A stretch of DNA of 64,000 nucleotides from Candidatus Aminicenantes bacterium (GCA_963702005.1 OY969696.1:2016001-2080000), one strand, 5' to 3'; positions 34,109 through 45,900 are shown, numbered from the stretch's first letter. Numbers and translations are program-made. Notes: generated from the letters alone by a model not told the origin.

Positions 34109-34173
34109 AACCTTCCCGGGTCAACGATATGTTCAGGGCGTGGCAATTCGATCGAAAAACGGAGGATGCGTTT

Positions 34174-35742
34174 ATGATTAAAAGGAAAATTCTCGTCCTC
34201 GGTCCGGCTGTCGTATCTCTGCTTTTATTTGGATTTTCGTCCGTCCTGCTCGCCGAGGTTCGGCTGCCCGCCGTTATCGGCGATCACATGGTCGTCCAGC
34301 GGGAAAAGCCCTTTTCGATCTGGGGTTGGGCCGGCCGGGGAGAGACGGTCACGGTCCTTTTCGCGGGCCGGGAAGCCAAGATCCGAGCGGATGCCGACGG
34401 CGCCTGGCGCGTCAGCCTGGATTCTCTCCAGCCGGGGATCGGGCCGCTCGATATGATCGTTCGGGGGGAGCGGGGTTCGGAGAAGGTCGTCCGCGACATC
34501 CTGGTCGGCGAAGTCTGGCTGTGCTCGGGCCAATCCAACATGGAATGGCCGCTCTGGGCGCTCCAGAGCCCGGTCCCCGAACTCTTGAGGGCCAATGACC
34601 CCAGCCTGAGGCTTTTCCTTGTTCCCAAGCGGACTTCCGATCGGCCCGAGCCCGATGTCGTCGCCGGCTGGACTCCCTGCACGCCCGAAACAGCCGGGCC
34701 GTTCTCGGCGGTCGCTTATTATTTCGGCCTCGAGCTCAGGAAAGCGCTGGGCGTGCCGGTGGGATTGATCGAGTCGGCCTGGGGCGGAACGGCCATCGAG
34801 CCCTGGACGCCTCCGGCCGGGTTCGAGGCCGTTCCCGAAGTCACACCCATCTTGACCGGGCTCGCGGACAAGACCGCCGAATACAAGAAGAGCCTCGCGC
34901 GCGCCCTTCCCGTTTGGGACGGCTGGGTCCGCGAGAGCCGAAAAGCGATCGCGGCGAATTCCGAGCTTCCCCGCAGACCCGCACCGCTCGTTCACCCCCT
35001 CGACGACCCCCAGGCTCCGACCGCCCTCTATAACGGCATGATCCATCCCCTCGTCAATTTCGCGATCCGCGGCGCGATCTGGTACCAGGGGGAAAGCAAC
35101 CGGAACGATTGCCTGCTCTACGAAAAGAAAATGGAAGCCCTCATCCGGGGCTGGCGCGAGGTCTGGAAGCTCGGCGATTTGCCGTTCGGTTATGTTCAGC
35201 TCGCTCCGTATAACTACCCCTATGACCGGGAGATTCCGAACGGCGACGTCCCGGACTTCTTCCGCCTGCCCCTCATTTGGGAAGCCCAAGTGAATACCCT
35301 TCGTCTCCCCAACACGGGGATGGCTATCGTGACCGACATCACCGACCTCAACGATATCCACCCGCGCGACAAGAAGGATGTCGGAGCGCGGCTCGCGCTC
35401 TGGGCTCGCGCCAAGGTCTACGGAGAGACCGGCCTCGTCTATTCCGGGCCGCTGTTCAGATCCATGACGGTCGAAGTGGACAAAGCGCGGATTTCCTTTG
35501 ATCACACGGGCGGCGGGCTGATCGCGAATGACGGCCAGCCGCTGAAATGGTTCGAGATCGCGGGGGAGGATGGGATTTTATATAAAGCCGAAGCTGAAAT
35601 TTCCGGCGATACGGTGATTGTTCGGAGTCCGCGGGTTGCGGTCCCGGTCGCGGTCCGGTTCGGCTGGCATCAACTCGCCGTTCCCAACCTGGCCAATAAA
35701 GAAGGGCTGCCGGCCTCGCCCTTCCGGACCGACCGCTGGTGA
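34174..35742 (+). CDS. Sialate O-acetylesterase (SGNH/SASA) family protein
   Basis: GEVWLCSGQSNM, WGGT, WYQGESN, DIHP, GLPASPFRTD. Confidence 0.92.
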   Translation: MIKRKILVLGPAVVSLLLFGFSSVLLAEVRLPAVIGDHMVVQREKPFSIWGWAGRGETVTVLFAGREAKIRADADGAWRVSLDSLQPGIGPLDMIVRGERGSEKVVRDILVGEVWLCSGQSNMEWPLWALQSPVPELLRANDPSLRLFLVPKRTSDRPEPDVVAGWTPCTPETAGPFSAVAYYFGLELRKALGVPVGLIESAWGGTAIEPWTPPAGFEAVPEVTPILTGLADKTAEYKKSLARALPVWDGWVRESRKAIAANSELPRRPAPLVHPLDDPQAPTALYNGMIHPLVNFAIRGAIWYQGESNRNDCLLYEKKMEALIRGWREVWKLGDLPFGYVQLAPYNYPYDREIPNGDVPDFFRLPLIWEAQVNTLRLPNTGMAIVTDITDLNDIHPRDKKDVGARLALWARAKVYGETGLVYSGPLFRSMTVEVDKARISFDHTGGGLIANDGQPLKWFEIAGEDGILYKAEAEISGDTVIVRSPRVAVPVAVRFGWHQLAVPNLANKEGLPASPFRTDRW

Positions 35743-35746
35743 TGTA

Positions 35747-38281
35747 TCAATCGCGGCGCGGGCGTCCTTCGTTCCAGACGATGTCGCCCGTCTCGAGGCT
35801 CCAGTCATTTCCGAACCAGCCGATCGCCCGGACGCCGTCGGGCCCGGAGCGCAGGGTTTCCGCCGTGAAAAGCAAGAGGTCGGGGAAACCGGCCCCGGAG
35901 ATGAAATACTGGCCGGGCGAAGCCGCGACCCAGCCCGCCCGTCCGGTCCAGGACACGACACCCACCGAAGCGACATCGCTTCCGGGCCGCGGCCAGACGA
36001 AATAGGCCGCCAGGTCGGAGCCGGTATAGCGCCTCTTTCCGGCTCGCGCCCATCCGCTATGGACTTCAACGGGACACCCGGCCAGAAGCTTCGGCCAGGC
36101 GGCGTTCGTGTCGGCGTTTCCGTAGAGGATGACGCTCCGGTCCATGAATCGGGCCGGGTCGAACGCCGTGTCGGGCAGAACCTCGATGCCCGCGTTGCCG
36201 CGGACCCAGAACATCTCGGCGTCGAACCGCGCCTTCCCGAAAGCGCGGGCGTCCTCGGCTGCGTCGCCACGCGTTCCGTAGACAAAGACGAAGCCGTGGC
36301 GGAAAGCGTCCTTGAAGCCGCCGGAACGGCGCGGGCCTTTCAAGGCCGGGTCGGGCGGCCCGGCGGCCAGCCAGCCTTTCTCGCCGCGCTCCAAGAAGAT
36401 GCTGGTCGTTCCCGGCGCCGGCGTAGCCTCAACGCGCGAGCCGTCGAGTTCAATCGTGACCGCGCCGCCCGCGGCGATGGACGGAACGTCGATCGCCAGC
36501 CTTGCGACGTTTTCCGTCGTTCCCTTGAATGTCTTCCCTGCCTCGTCTTTTTCGACCGCGACCTTACTGTATTCGAGGGGGCGCGTCTGAGCCAGAATTT
36601 CAATCCAGCGCGAGCGCGACGAGATCCCCGGGTTGGCGGTCACGAATTCGACCTTCCTCGCCTCGGCGTCCGACGGCCGGATCCGGTCTTTGAGGAATTC
36701 GAAAAGGGGCGGCCAGTCGACGCACTCGTTCCCCCACCAATGGCCTGCCCCCGGCCGCTCGTAATAGCTGAAGTCGGGGTGAAACGTCCCCAGAAGCTCG
36801 CGCATGAACCGGGCCTCGTCAACGGGCACATTGTCGTCCTGGTCGCCGTGGAGGATGTAGACGCCGTAGTGGAGGAAATTGCGGGCGAGGGCCGTTGTTT
36901 CGCTTGGATTGTTCGCCCTGGCCAGCATGCGCTCGACCGGCGACGGGTCTTTGTAAACGACTCCGCCGCCGTAGGATGTGAAACTTCGCCAGCCGGCGCT
37001 CGGCGCGATGGCCGCCCAGAGGCCGGGGACCGTCGCCCCAACCTGCCATGTGCCGTGGCCGCCCATGGAGTGACCGGTCAGATAGGTGCGGGCCGGGTCG
37101 GTCCCGAAAAGCCGGGAGGCTTCGGCCAGGACTTCGAGGGCGTCGAGGCGGCCCCAATCTTCCCAGTCGAATCCGTACGGACGCCGGTTCGTCGGCGCCA
37201 CGACATAGGCCCAATCCTTAGGCTTGTAGGCGCGCGCTTGGTTGATGGCATCGACTCCGGCACCGTGAAGGGACAGGATGAGGGCGGGTTTTGTCTCCGT
37301 CCGCGTCCCACCGCTCGCGAGCATGGGCGCCACGGCAAAGAGCTGGACGCTGCCGTCGATGCCGCTTACGAAGGTACGCGTGTGATGCGCTGCGGGCGAG
37401 AGAGCTTTGAGCTCGATCGTGAGCGGCGGGGTCTCGACGGTCCTGCGGCCGGCGCGGACTCGTGCCCTGATATCGATCGGGATCGTTCCCTCGACGGACG
37501 GCGCGTCGAGGGACAAGGGGACTGCCAGCTTCTGTGTCATGAAAGGAGCGATGGATACGTCCAGTCCGGCCCGGCTATCGCGTCCCGCCGTGCGATAAAG
37601 GACCACGATTTTATCGAGCCTTTCACCCGTCGCATTGACCAGGCGGAGGCCCGCCCAGAACGGCCCTTTTTCTCCGAGGACGAGGTCCGGGAGCGTCATG
37701 TCCCGGTCGGTGAAAAAAACCTCGGCCGGCGGCTCGAAAAGCCGGCCGCGGAAGCGCCCGCGCTCGCCCTTGAAGAGGAGCTCGTTACGGCCCTTGATGA
37801 GCCGGACCGGGTGGCGGACCCAATCCGCGCCGTATTTCTCGCCGCCGCGAGGTTCGCCGTTGATGCGGGCGACATAATATCCGGAGGCCTCGAGAATCAT
37901 GGTTCTGGGCCGCTCGGAATCGATCACTATGAAGAGGGCGCCGCCCGAAAGGGCGGGATTATCGATCCAGCCGTCGGCGCCGGATTCGACAACGGCCCAG
38001 CTTTGCGGCTGGCCCTGGTCGTTCGCGCCGATGACGAGTCCCTCGCGCGGCGCGGCCATGGTCCCTGCGGCGAGTTGCCAGGCGAGGAGGTCGGATGGGA
38101 TCGCCGAGCGTCCGAAACGGCCGATGGGACCGACGGCCAATCCTTTCGTCAAGCCGATCTCTTTGGCCGTGCCCGTCAGAGTAAGTATAGGCGCCGGCGT
38201 TTCGATGGCCATTCCGGCAGCGGCCAGAAACACGCAACAGGCGAGCAGACAAGCTTTCCGACGACGGGAAAATCGTATCAT
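35747..38281 (-). CDS. Secreted alpha/beta-hydrolase (esterase / peptidase S9-like)
   Basis: LSLHGAG, GHSMGG, HGDQDDNVP, GAGHWW. Confidence 0.82.
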   Translation of the reverse strand: MIRFSRRRKACLLACCVFLAAAGMAIETPAPILTLTGTAKEIGLTKGLAVGPIGRFGRSAIPSDLLAWQLAAGTMAAPREGLVIGANDQGQPQSWAVVESGADGWIDNPALSGGALFIVIDSERPRTMILEASGYYVARINGEPRGGEKYGADWVRHPVRLIKGRNELLFKGERGRFRGRLFEPPAEVFFTDRDMTLPDLVLGEKGPFWAGLRLVNATGERLDKIVVLYRTAGRDSRAGLDVSIAPFMTQKLAVPLSLDAPSVEGTIPIDIRARVRAGRRTVETPPLTIELKALSPAAHHTRTFVSGIDGSVQLFAVAPMLASGGTRTETKPALILSLHGAGVDAINQARAYKPKDWAYVVAPTNRRPYGFDWEDWGRLDALEVLAEASRLFGTDPARTYLTGHSMGGHGTWQVGATVPGLWAAIAPSAGWRSFTSYGGGVVYKDPSPVERMLARANNPSETTALARNFLHYGVYILHGDQDDNVPVDEARFMRELLGTFHPDFSYYERPGAGHWWGNECVDWPPLFEFLKDRIRPSDAEARKVEFVTANPGISSRSRWIEILAQTRPLEYSKVAVEKDEAGKTFKGTTENVARLAIDVPSIAAGGAVTIELDGSRVEATPAPGTTSIFLERGEKGWLAAGPPDPALKGPRRSGGFKDAFRHGFVFVYGTRGDAAEDARAFGKARFDAEMFWVRGNAGIEVLPDTAFDPARFMDRSVILYGNADTNAAWPKLLAGCPVEVHSGWARAGKRRYTGSDLAAYFVWPRPGSDVASVGVVSWTGRAGWVAASPGQYFISGAGFPDLLLFTAETLRSGPDGVRAIGWFGNDWSLETGDIVWNEGRPRRD

Positions 38282-38382
38282 GGGATTTCCTTTCGATGAT
38301 CATAGCGCCGGCTCCCGGGCCCGGTCAAGGTCTATCCGGCGCGTTTTCCTGGGATGCCTGATCAATCAAACGGATCCCTCGG

Positions 38383-38494
38383 TTGACCCGTTCGCCGACG
38401 CCAAGCCCCGCCTTTCAAGGCGGGGATGAGAGCGAGGCTCAGGGTTAATCATTAATAAGCCCCGGCCTTCAGGCCGGGGAGTCGATGATTTGAC
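38383..38494. repeat. Family B element, copy 3
   Basis: Same architecture as copy 1. Confidence 0.85.
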
Positions 38495-38518
38495 ACCGCC
38501 AGGTTTTCTACTTACTAT
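38490..38518 (+). promoter_or_regulatory. Sigma70 promoter whose -35 is the end of the family B element
   Basis: TTGACA-N17-TACTAT, 21 nt before ATG 38540. Confidence 0.65.
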
Positions 38519-38539
38519 TCAAATAGGGGAGAAGGTCTC

Positions 38540-39328
38540 ATGAAAAAAAGCGAAGTCTTTCTGGTTGGACTCGCGGTTTGGGCCCTTGCTCAAGCCGTTC
38601 CCGCTCAAGACAAGAATCTCGCCCTGCTCAACGAATACTCGATACTCTCCGGCCATATCGAAAAAGCCAAAACGGCTTTCCAGAGGAATAATCTGACTAA
38701 ATGCGAACAAGAAGTCCTCTTCTGCCTCGAGAGGCTGGCGGAGCACCACGAGGCCCATTTCCTGCAGTCGCAGATTCTCTACAAGAGGGCCGAGTTCGAG
38801 AAAGCGCTCGAGCACATTCAGGCGGCCGAAGAGGGGTATCTCAAGATGACCGAGGCGGCCGCCGTGCTTGAACAGCAGAAGATGAAGGAGCAGATGGACA
38901 GCGTGGGCATCCTGATCGACGATGCCCGCGAAGCGGCGGCGGCCGAGGATGCGGCCAATAAAAGAGGATCCTGCGCGGTCGAAAGATACGGCAAGGCCGC
39001 CCAGGACGCTAAGAATAAGCTAAGCAAAGAAGAGAGGCTGGACGAAACGGGCCGGGCCAAGGAGATCTCTCCAATTCCGCCCAATTACCTCTATTTTCAT
39101 GGAAACTGCCTCTTCCGGCTCAAGCGGCGGCCGGAAGCAGAAGCCCAATACCTGCTGGCCATAAAAGCCGATCCGCGCTGTGGCGAGGCCTACAACAACT
39201 TGATCAACCTCCTGTTCATGGAGAAGCGGCTGGACGAAGCCCGCACTTACCTATCCCAGGCCGAGGCCTATGAGGCCGTTATCAATCCCGGTTTGAAAAA
39301 GGCCGTGTTGGAGAAAGCCGGAAAATAA
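38540..39328 (+). CDS. Secreted TPR protein
   Basis: Signal peptide; TPR-like helices EAHFLQSQILY, YFHGNCLF, EAYNNL. Confidence 0.8.
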   Translation: MKKSEVFLVGLAVWALAQAVPAQDKNLALLNEYSILSGHIEKAKTAFQRNNLTKCEQEVLFCLERLAEHHEAHFLQSQILYKRAEFEKALEHIQAAEEGYLKMTEAAAVLEQQKMKEQMDSVGILIDDAREAAAAEDAANKRGSCAVERYGKAAQDAKNKLSKEERLDETGRAKEISPIPPNYLYFHGNCLFRLKRRPEAEAQYLLAIKADPRCGEAYNNLINLLFMEKRLDEARTYLSQAEAYEAVINPGLKKAVLEKAGK

Positions 39329-39592
39329 TAAAGGCTGGGAACGGCTATCGATGAGGACGAAATCCCCCTTCCGTCCCGCCGCCGCGTAGAGTTGCGATAA
39401 GTTCCGGACGCGGGGAACAGAGCGGCCCTATTCGTAGCGAAGGTCTCGCTTGCGGCGGCCGAAGCTTTCCGCTATTATGGAGCGCTTGAAGTCATCGACA
39501 ATCTTGGGAAGGCTGATTTCAGCTAGGCGACGAAGCGCCATTGATATGCTGCCCGCCAAGATTAAGTAAAAAAGATGAAGAGGAGACAGACC

Positions 39593-40429
39593 GTGAAAAA
39601 GACATTGATCGTTCTGATGAGCGTTTTGTTTCTCTTGCTGGCGACGGGCGTCTTCGCCCAGCAGCCGGATAACCCCGGCTATAAGGACCACCCGCTTTTC
39701 CCCACGCGCATGCCGGAATACCGCATCGCGAACTGCAAGGTCGAGGATTTCGGGGTCTACGAATTCTTCGCGACGAAGGGCCCCAAGACCCCGGTCGAAG
39801 GCAAATTCACCTTCATCACCTACGCGTTCACCGGACAACGGACCAACGAACCCAGCGGTCTTGCCGTTGTCCGGAACTACGAGAACGCCATCCAGAAGGC
39901 GGGGGGCATCATCCTCCAGATTGTGCCGGAGCGGTGGGTGAACGGGAAGATCGTCAAGAATGGCCAGGAAGCGTGGGTGCAGATCGAGAAGGGGAACGGG
40001 ACGATCTGGCTGCGGATCGTTGAGAAGAAAGCGATGGAGCAATATATCGAAGCGGACGCGGCGGCCTTGGGCAACGACATCAGGGCCACAGGCCACGCGG
40101 CGGTCTACGGCATCTATTTCGATACCGGCAAGTCCGCCATCAAACCCGAGTCGGCCCAGGCCATCGGGGAGATCGCCAAGCTCCTGACAGCCGACCCGGG
40201 CCTCAAGGTCTATGTGGTGGGGCACACGGACAACGTGGGCGGCGTGGACAGCAACATCAAGCTCTCCCAAGACCGGGCTGAAGCCGTCCTCCAGGCGCTC
40301 GTCCGCGACCACGGCATCGCCCCTGACCGTCTGAGAGCCTCCGGGTGCGGCCCGTTTGCGCCAGTTGCGTCCAACGACAGCGAGGAGGGCCGGGCCAAGA
40401 ACCGCCGGGTCGAACTGGTCAAGCAATAA
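39593..40429 (+). CDS. OmpA-family peptidoglycan-binding protein
   Basis: GTG start with SD AGGAG; IYFDTGKS, VGHTD, LSQDRA, KNRRVELV. Confidence 0.9.
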   Translation: MKKTLIVLMSVLFLLLATGVFAQQPDNPGYKDHPLFPTRMPEYRIANCKVEDFGVYEFFATKGPKTPVEGKFTFITYAFTGQRTNEPSGLAVVRNYENAIQKAGGIILQIVPERWVNGKIVKNGQEAWVQIEKGNGTIWLRIVEKKAMEQYIEADAAALGNDIRATGHAAVYGIYFDTGKSAIKPESAQAIGEIAKLLTADPGLKVYVVGHTDNVGGVDSNIKLSQDRAEAVLQALVRDHGIAPDRLRASGCGPFAPVASNDSEEGRAKNRRVELVKQ

Positions 40430-40478
40430 GACCGGAAGATGTCCGGCCAATCTAGCCCGAATGGGTCGGCCGCATAGA

Positions 40479-41504
40479 TCAGATAGGCCAAAACATTCGG
40501 AATTGCCCGACGATCGGCTTGAGCTCGGACTGGAGTTCGGGAGACGGAGCGGCCGGGATTCGCGGTCGCGGCGCCCGCTCGCTGAGCTGCCGGAGGACGG
40601 CTCGCACGCCTTCCTTCAATCCTTTCCCGTTGTAGCCGCCTTCGAGGACCAGGGCCAGCCTTCCGCCGCAGCATTCCCGGGCGATATCCATAAGCTCGGC
40701 GGTCAAAGCGCCGAATCCGTCCGCCGTGACCTCCATCCCGCCCAGCGGATCCCCGCCGTAGATGTCGAATCCGGCCGACACGATTATGAATTCTGGCTTG
40801 TAGATCAGCGCGGCCGGCTTGAGAATCGTCCTGTAGATGTGGAGATAATCCGCGTCGCCCTTGCCCGCCCCGAGCGGGACGTTGAGCGTATATCCTTCGC
40901 CCGGCCCTTGGCCGATCTCGCGCCAATGGCCGCTCCCGGGATAGAGCGGGAATTGGTGGGTCGAGAAGTAAAAGACCTTGTCCGTGGCGTAGAAGGACTT
41001 CTGCGTTCCGTTCCCGTGATGGAGGTCCCAGTCCACGATGAGAATTCGCTTCAAGCCGTGGTCTTCGATGAGCGAGCAGGCGCCGACGGCCGCGCTGTTG
41101 AACAGGCAGAAACCCATGGCCCGGTCCGCCTCGGCATGGTGCCCCGGCGGGCGGACCAGCGCGAAGGCGTTGCCGACGTCTCCCCGCATGACGGTCCCTA
41201 AGGCCTCGATGAAGCCGCCCGCGGCCAGAAATGCCGCCCGGGCCGAGCCGGGAGAGGTTTCCGTATCCTCGTCCAGCGCGACCCGTTCCTTCCCCTCCGT
41301 GTCCCTGATGAGCTTGATGTGGCGTGCCGTGTGGATCCGGGCGATCTCTTCGTCGCGAGCCGGCCGAGCCGGGATTTCGATATAAGCGCCCGGCTCCTCG
41401 TCGAGCATGTCATAGATGACCTCTAGCCGCATCGGGGACTCGACATGGAAATCGCCCGGCTTATGATCGAGGTAGCGGACGTCCCGAACGATCCCCGTCT
41501 TCAT
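40479..41504 (-). CDS. Histone deacetylase-family (class II-like) amidohydrolase
   Basis: True start MKTGIVRD at 41504 (ATGA overlap); RPPGHHA, GFCLFN, DWDLHHGNGTQ, SAGFD, LEGGY. Confidence 0.93.
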   Translation of the reverse strand: MKTGIVRDVRYLDHKPGDFHVESPMRLEVIYDMLDEEPGAYIEIPARPARDEEIARIHTARHIKLIRDTEGKERVALDEDTETSPGSARAAFLAAGGFIEALGTVMRGDVGNAFALVRPPGHHAEADRAMGFCLFNSAAVGACSLIEDHGLKRILIVDWDLHHGNGTQKSFYATDKVFYFSTHQFPLYPGSGHWREIGQGPGEGYTLNVPLGAGKGDADYLHIYRTILKPAALIYKPEFIIVSAGFDIYGGDPLGGMEVTADGFGALTAELMDIARECCGGRLALVLEGGYNGKGLKEGVRAVLRQLSERAPRPRIPAAPSPELQSELKPIVGQFRMFWPI

Positions 41505-42973
41505 GTCTTGCGTCTCCCGAGGCGGAGGCGCAGAAAAACCCGGGCCATGACGGCGTAGCGCCGCACGTCGCCCAAGGATCGCATGTTCTTGAGAACGCGC
41601 GGGATCTTGCGGGCGATCGAGATCCGGCCTCCGCCCAAGGACCAGCGGAAGAGGAGCTCGCTGACCTGGGCCCAGGACAGCTTGTCGATGAAGAGCGGGA
41701 CGTCGCCCTGGGCCGCGGGCAACGTGATAATGCGCCGGTCGTGCCGTCTGGCCCAGCTGAAATCCCGCGGAAGCACGCCCAGGTCCTTGGCGGTCCGCTC
41801 CAGGGGCGTTCCGGGATAGACGTGGAGGATGGCCACGGTCGCCTCGACTCGGCCATTGTACGCCTCGACGATCTTGATCGTCTCCCGGGCTTCTTCCCAG
41901 GTCTCGGTCGGGTGGCTGAAGATGAAGAAGGCGTTGGGGATGATCCCCAGCTCCTCGCACCAGCGGACCAGGTTGTGGAAATCGGCGATATCGATCTTTT
42001 TCCCGATGACCTGATTCCGGACCCGTTCGGAGCCCGCCTCGAGCCCGAAGGAAAGGTGGAAGAGCCCGGCCCGTTTCATCTTGGCCAGCAGGGGCTTGTC
42101 GATGAGGTCGAGACGGGCCTCGCAGCGCCATCGGATGTCGAGCTTGCGCTCCACAATAAGGTCGCAGATCCGCCCGACCCGCTTGGGGTCGGCGTTGAAG
42201 GTGTCGTCGTAGAAGAAAACGACCTTGGCGCCGTAGCGGCGGACGAGGCTTTCGATCTCGTCGACGACGTTCTCGGGCGAGCGCATCCGGACGCGGCGCC
42301 CCCAGTTGATGGGCGTCGCGCAGAAATTGCAGATAAAGGGGCAGCCGCGGCTGGTCATGATATTGACGGCCGGGAGCGGTCCTTGGCCGGGGACGTCGAT
42401 GACGAAGTTGTATTTCTCGAAGGGGACGAGGTGGAAGGCCGGAAAGGGGAGAGTGTCCAGGTCTTTGATGGGGGGGCGGGCCGGCGCCGCGACGAGCCGG
42501 CCCTCGACCCTCAGAACACAGCCGGGGACGGTGGCGGCCCTTGCCGGGTCGAGGTTTCCCTCCCATGCCCGGCAGAGTTCGGCCATGGTCCGCTCGCCCT
42601 CGCCCCGGACGACGAGGTCCAGCTCGGGGATGTGGACGAGGGTGTCCTCCGCGGCCATCGAAGCGTGGGGACCGCCCAGGACGGTCAGGGCCTTGGGCCG
42701 GGTCTTCTTGGCCAGGCGGATGAGCTTGAAGCTTTGGAAGCGGTTCTCGGTCGTCGAGGTCACGCCGATGATGTCGGGCTCGAAGCGGCGGATGGCCCGC
42801 GCGATCGCTCGCCGGCTCAGGCCGAGGACGTCGGCCGGGACGATCTCGACCTCGACGCCCTCCTTCTCGAGGACCGCCGCGATGGATAGAATCCCCAGCG
42901 GCGGCATGCTCGAGCCCCGCGACCAGCGCTCGGCGAAGTAGCCGCCGGGCGGGACGAACAGCTGGACTTTCAC
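41501..42973 (-). CDS. Cobalamin-binding radical SAM protein
   Basis: PPLGI, VLGGPHAS, GEGE (B12 domain); SRGCPFICNFC; YDDTF; PGT. Confidence 0.92.
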   Translation of the reverse strand: MKVQLFVPPGGYFAERWSRGSSMPPLGILSIAAVLEKEGVEVEIVPADVLGLSRRAIARAIRRFEPDIIGVTSTTENRFQSFKLIRLAKKTRPKALTVLGGPHASMAAEDTLVHIPELDLVVRGEGERTMAELCRAWEGNLDPARAATVPGCVLRVEGRLVAAPARPPIKDLDTLPFPAFHLVPFEKYNFVIDVPGQGPLPAVNIMTSRGCPFICNFCATPINWGRRVRMRSPENVVDEIESLVRRYGAKVVFFYDDTFNADPKRVGRICDLIVERKLDIRWRCEARLDLIDKPLLAKMKRAGLFHLSFGLEAGSERVRNQVIGKKIDIADFHNLVRWCEELGIIPNAFFIFSHPTETWEEARETIKIVEAYNGRVEATVAILHVYPGTPLERTAKDLGVLPRDFSWARRHDRRIITLPAAQGDVPLFIDKLSWAQVSELLFRWSLGGGRISIARKIPRVLKNMRSLGDVRRYAVMARVFLRLRLGRRKT

Positions 42974-45900
42974 GGCGCTTCTCGTCCGGGCGGAGCTTCG
43001 GGGCCGCCCTCTTTTCGATCGAGCTTGACCGAGTAGATGCTGGTAATGTTGGGCTCGGCCATGGTCGTCCCGTAGATGAAGTCTGCGACCTCCATCGTCT
43101 TGAAGTTGTGGGTGACGATGATGAACTGGGTCTCCTTCTTGATCGTCTTCATCAACTCCAGGAAGCGGCCCAGGTTGACCTCGTCCAGGGCGGCGTCGAC
43201 CTCGTCCAGGATGCAGAAGGGCGTCGGTTTGTAGCGGAACAGGGCGAACAAGAAGGCCAGGCTGGTCAGCGTCTTTTCGCCGCCCGAAAGGAGGGCCAGG
43301 TTCTGGACCTTCTTGCCCGGCGGCTGGACGACGATCTCGACCCCGCTCTCGAGCGGCGTCTCGGGCTCGCTCAGCTTAACCTCGGCCGTGCCTCCCTTGA
43401 AAAGAATGGCGAAGATGTCCTGGAAATTCTTGTTGACGGCCTCGATGGCCTTGAGAAACTGGGAGCGGCTCTCGTCGTCGATCTTGCGGATGGCCTCCTG
43501 AGTCGTGTCGATGGACTGGCGGAGGTCGTTCCTCTGCTGGGTGAGGAAGTCGTAGCGCTCCTTCTGGGCCTGGTATTCCTCTTCGGCCATCAGGTTGACG
43601 GCCTTGAAGCGCTGGAGGTCTTCGCGGGCCTCATCGAGCCGGCTCTCGACGTCCTGGTCGGAGAGGTCCTCGCCCTGGGGCTCGAGCTTGATCTCCATCA
43701 GGGTCTTCTTGAGCTCCTGCCAGCAGCTTTCCTCGAGGTTGATCCGGTCACGCTCGGTTTCGGCCTTGCCGACCTCCCAGCGGACCCGCTCCTCCTTGAG
43801 GACCTCGAGGTCCTCCCTGGCCTTGGCGATCCGGCGCTCCTTTTCCTCGATCCCGCTCCGGAGCTCGTGGAGCCGCGCTTCGTCGCTCCCCAGCTCCTTC
43901 TCCTTGAGGCCGCGCTCGTCCTCGAGGGCTTTGATCCGGTGCGCCAGCTCGTCGATGCCGGCGCGGAGCCCGGCTTCTTCCCGGTCGCAGCTCCGGATCT
44001 CGTCCTCCAGGGAGCGGACCTTGGCCTGGGCCGCCTCGCGCCGCTGAGCGAGACTCCGGGCCTGCTGGCGGGCATTGGCGATTCTTTCTTCGAGAAGATC
44101 CCGGCCGGCTTTGAGTTCGATATGTTCCTGCCATTTTCGGCTGACCGCGTCCATGAAACCGGCCAGGTCCCGTTCGGCGGACTCGAGGCGGCTCTTGATC
44201 TCGGCCTCCACGGCCTCGGCCTCCCGGAGCCGGAGTCCCAATCCTTCACGGCGCCGGCCGAGCTCATCCTTATCGCGATGCTGGACCTCGTATTCTTTGC
44301 CGAGGATATCGAGGGCGTTCCCGATCTTGTCCTTCTCGGCGCGGCCGAACTCGAGTTCCTTGCCGATCTCCGCCATCCGCCGCTCGTCCTCGGTCTTTAA
44401 AGCCGTCTCGCTCTCGAGTTCCCGACCGACTTTCTCGACGGAGCCGAGGATTTCTCGGCGGGCGGTCACGAGGGGCAGGATTTCGAGGTCGTGGCCCGCG
44501 ATCCTGTCCTCGCAGGCTTTGATCTCGCGGGCGAGCATCACCAGGCCCTCACCGCGCTGGCCCGCTTTGACCAAACCCGAAGCCAGGACGATGTCGCCTT
44601 GCAGGGTCGCGAAGTTCAAATCCGGGTAGCGGCTCCAAAGCCGGACGGCCGCGGCCAAGTCGGAGACGATGACCGCCTCGGGCAGACGATCGAAAGCCTC
44701 GGAGGCGCGCGGGCCGGGCCGGACCTTGGACTTGAGGAATCCCAGGACCTCGGGTTCGCTGAGAGGGGGAGGAGGCGCCGTTTTGGCCTCGGCCGGGACG
44801 AGGAGGAAATTCCCGCGAATGGCTTCGCCGGTCAATGCGGCCAGGAAATCCTGGGCCGGAATGAGCAGGGCACGCGATTCTTCCTTCCAGAAGAGGTCCA
44901 CCAGCGGCGCGTGGGCGTCGTCGGCTTGGATGAGATAGGCCAAGATCCCGCGCGAGCCGGGGAGGGGAGGGGCGGCGTTCGTCTCCCGCTCCTTGGCTTC
45001 GAGCGTCGAGAGAGCCTGGAAGTGGAACGAGGCTTCCTCGCGCTTGGACCTGAGGGCGGCCAGCTCCCGCCCGAGCGATTCGGCCTTGGCTTCGCTCTCC
45101 GCCGCCGCGGTCCGGAGCTCGCCGATCCGCGTCTCTCTCGTTTCGATCCCGCGCTTGAGATCGCCGAGGGCGGCCTCGTCCCGTCCGAGTTTCTCCTCCT
45201 GGAGCGCCAGGAGCTTGCGCTGGGCCGCGACCTGGGCCCGATGCTTTTCCTCCTGCCGGAGGATGAATTCCCATTCCTTGTCCAGGCGGAGCGACTCGTT
45301 CCGGCTCTCGGTCAGCACGGACACCCGCTGAAGGTGATGCCCGCGCAGGTCCTCGATCTCTCTCTCGAGAGCCGGGATTCGCTCCTTGGCGCCCTGGCTT
45401 TCGGATCCGGCCCGCTCGACCTCGCCGTGCTTCTCGGCCAGGGTTCGGGCGAGCTCTTCGAGGCCGCTGTCGTTCTCCGCGATCTCTTTTTCCAGGACGG
45501 CCAGCTCCCGCCCGAATTCCTCCAGGCCGGCGGCGGACTTCCGTTTTTCCTCTTCGAAGAAGTCGATGCGCCGGGTGTCCTTTTCGCGGTCGGATTCGAT
45601 CTTGACCGTCTGGGACTTCAGCCCGTAGAGGTGCTCCTGCCGGGATTTGATGACCTGCTCGAGATCCCAAACATCCTTGCGCCGGGAGGCGATTTCCTTT
45701 TCGATCTCGTGGATGAGCCCGACCAGGTCCCGCTCCCGATTCAGGGATTTGTTGAAACGGCCCGTCACCTCCTCGAGGCTGGCTTCGACCTGGCGGACCC
45801 GGCGCTGGAAATGGATTCCGGTCAGCTCGCGGATCTTTTCCCGGAGCTTCCGGTAGCGGTTGGCGGCCGAAGCCTGGCGCTGGAGGGAGTTTTTGGCCTT

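Noticed and set aside
41505-42566. N-terminal extension of the HDAC ORF (695 aa in the track)
   Set aside because: Out-of-frame overlap with the radical SAM gene; the real start is the ATG at 41504.
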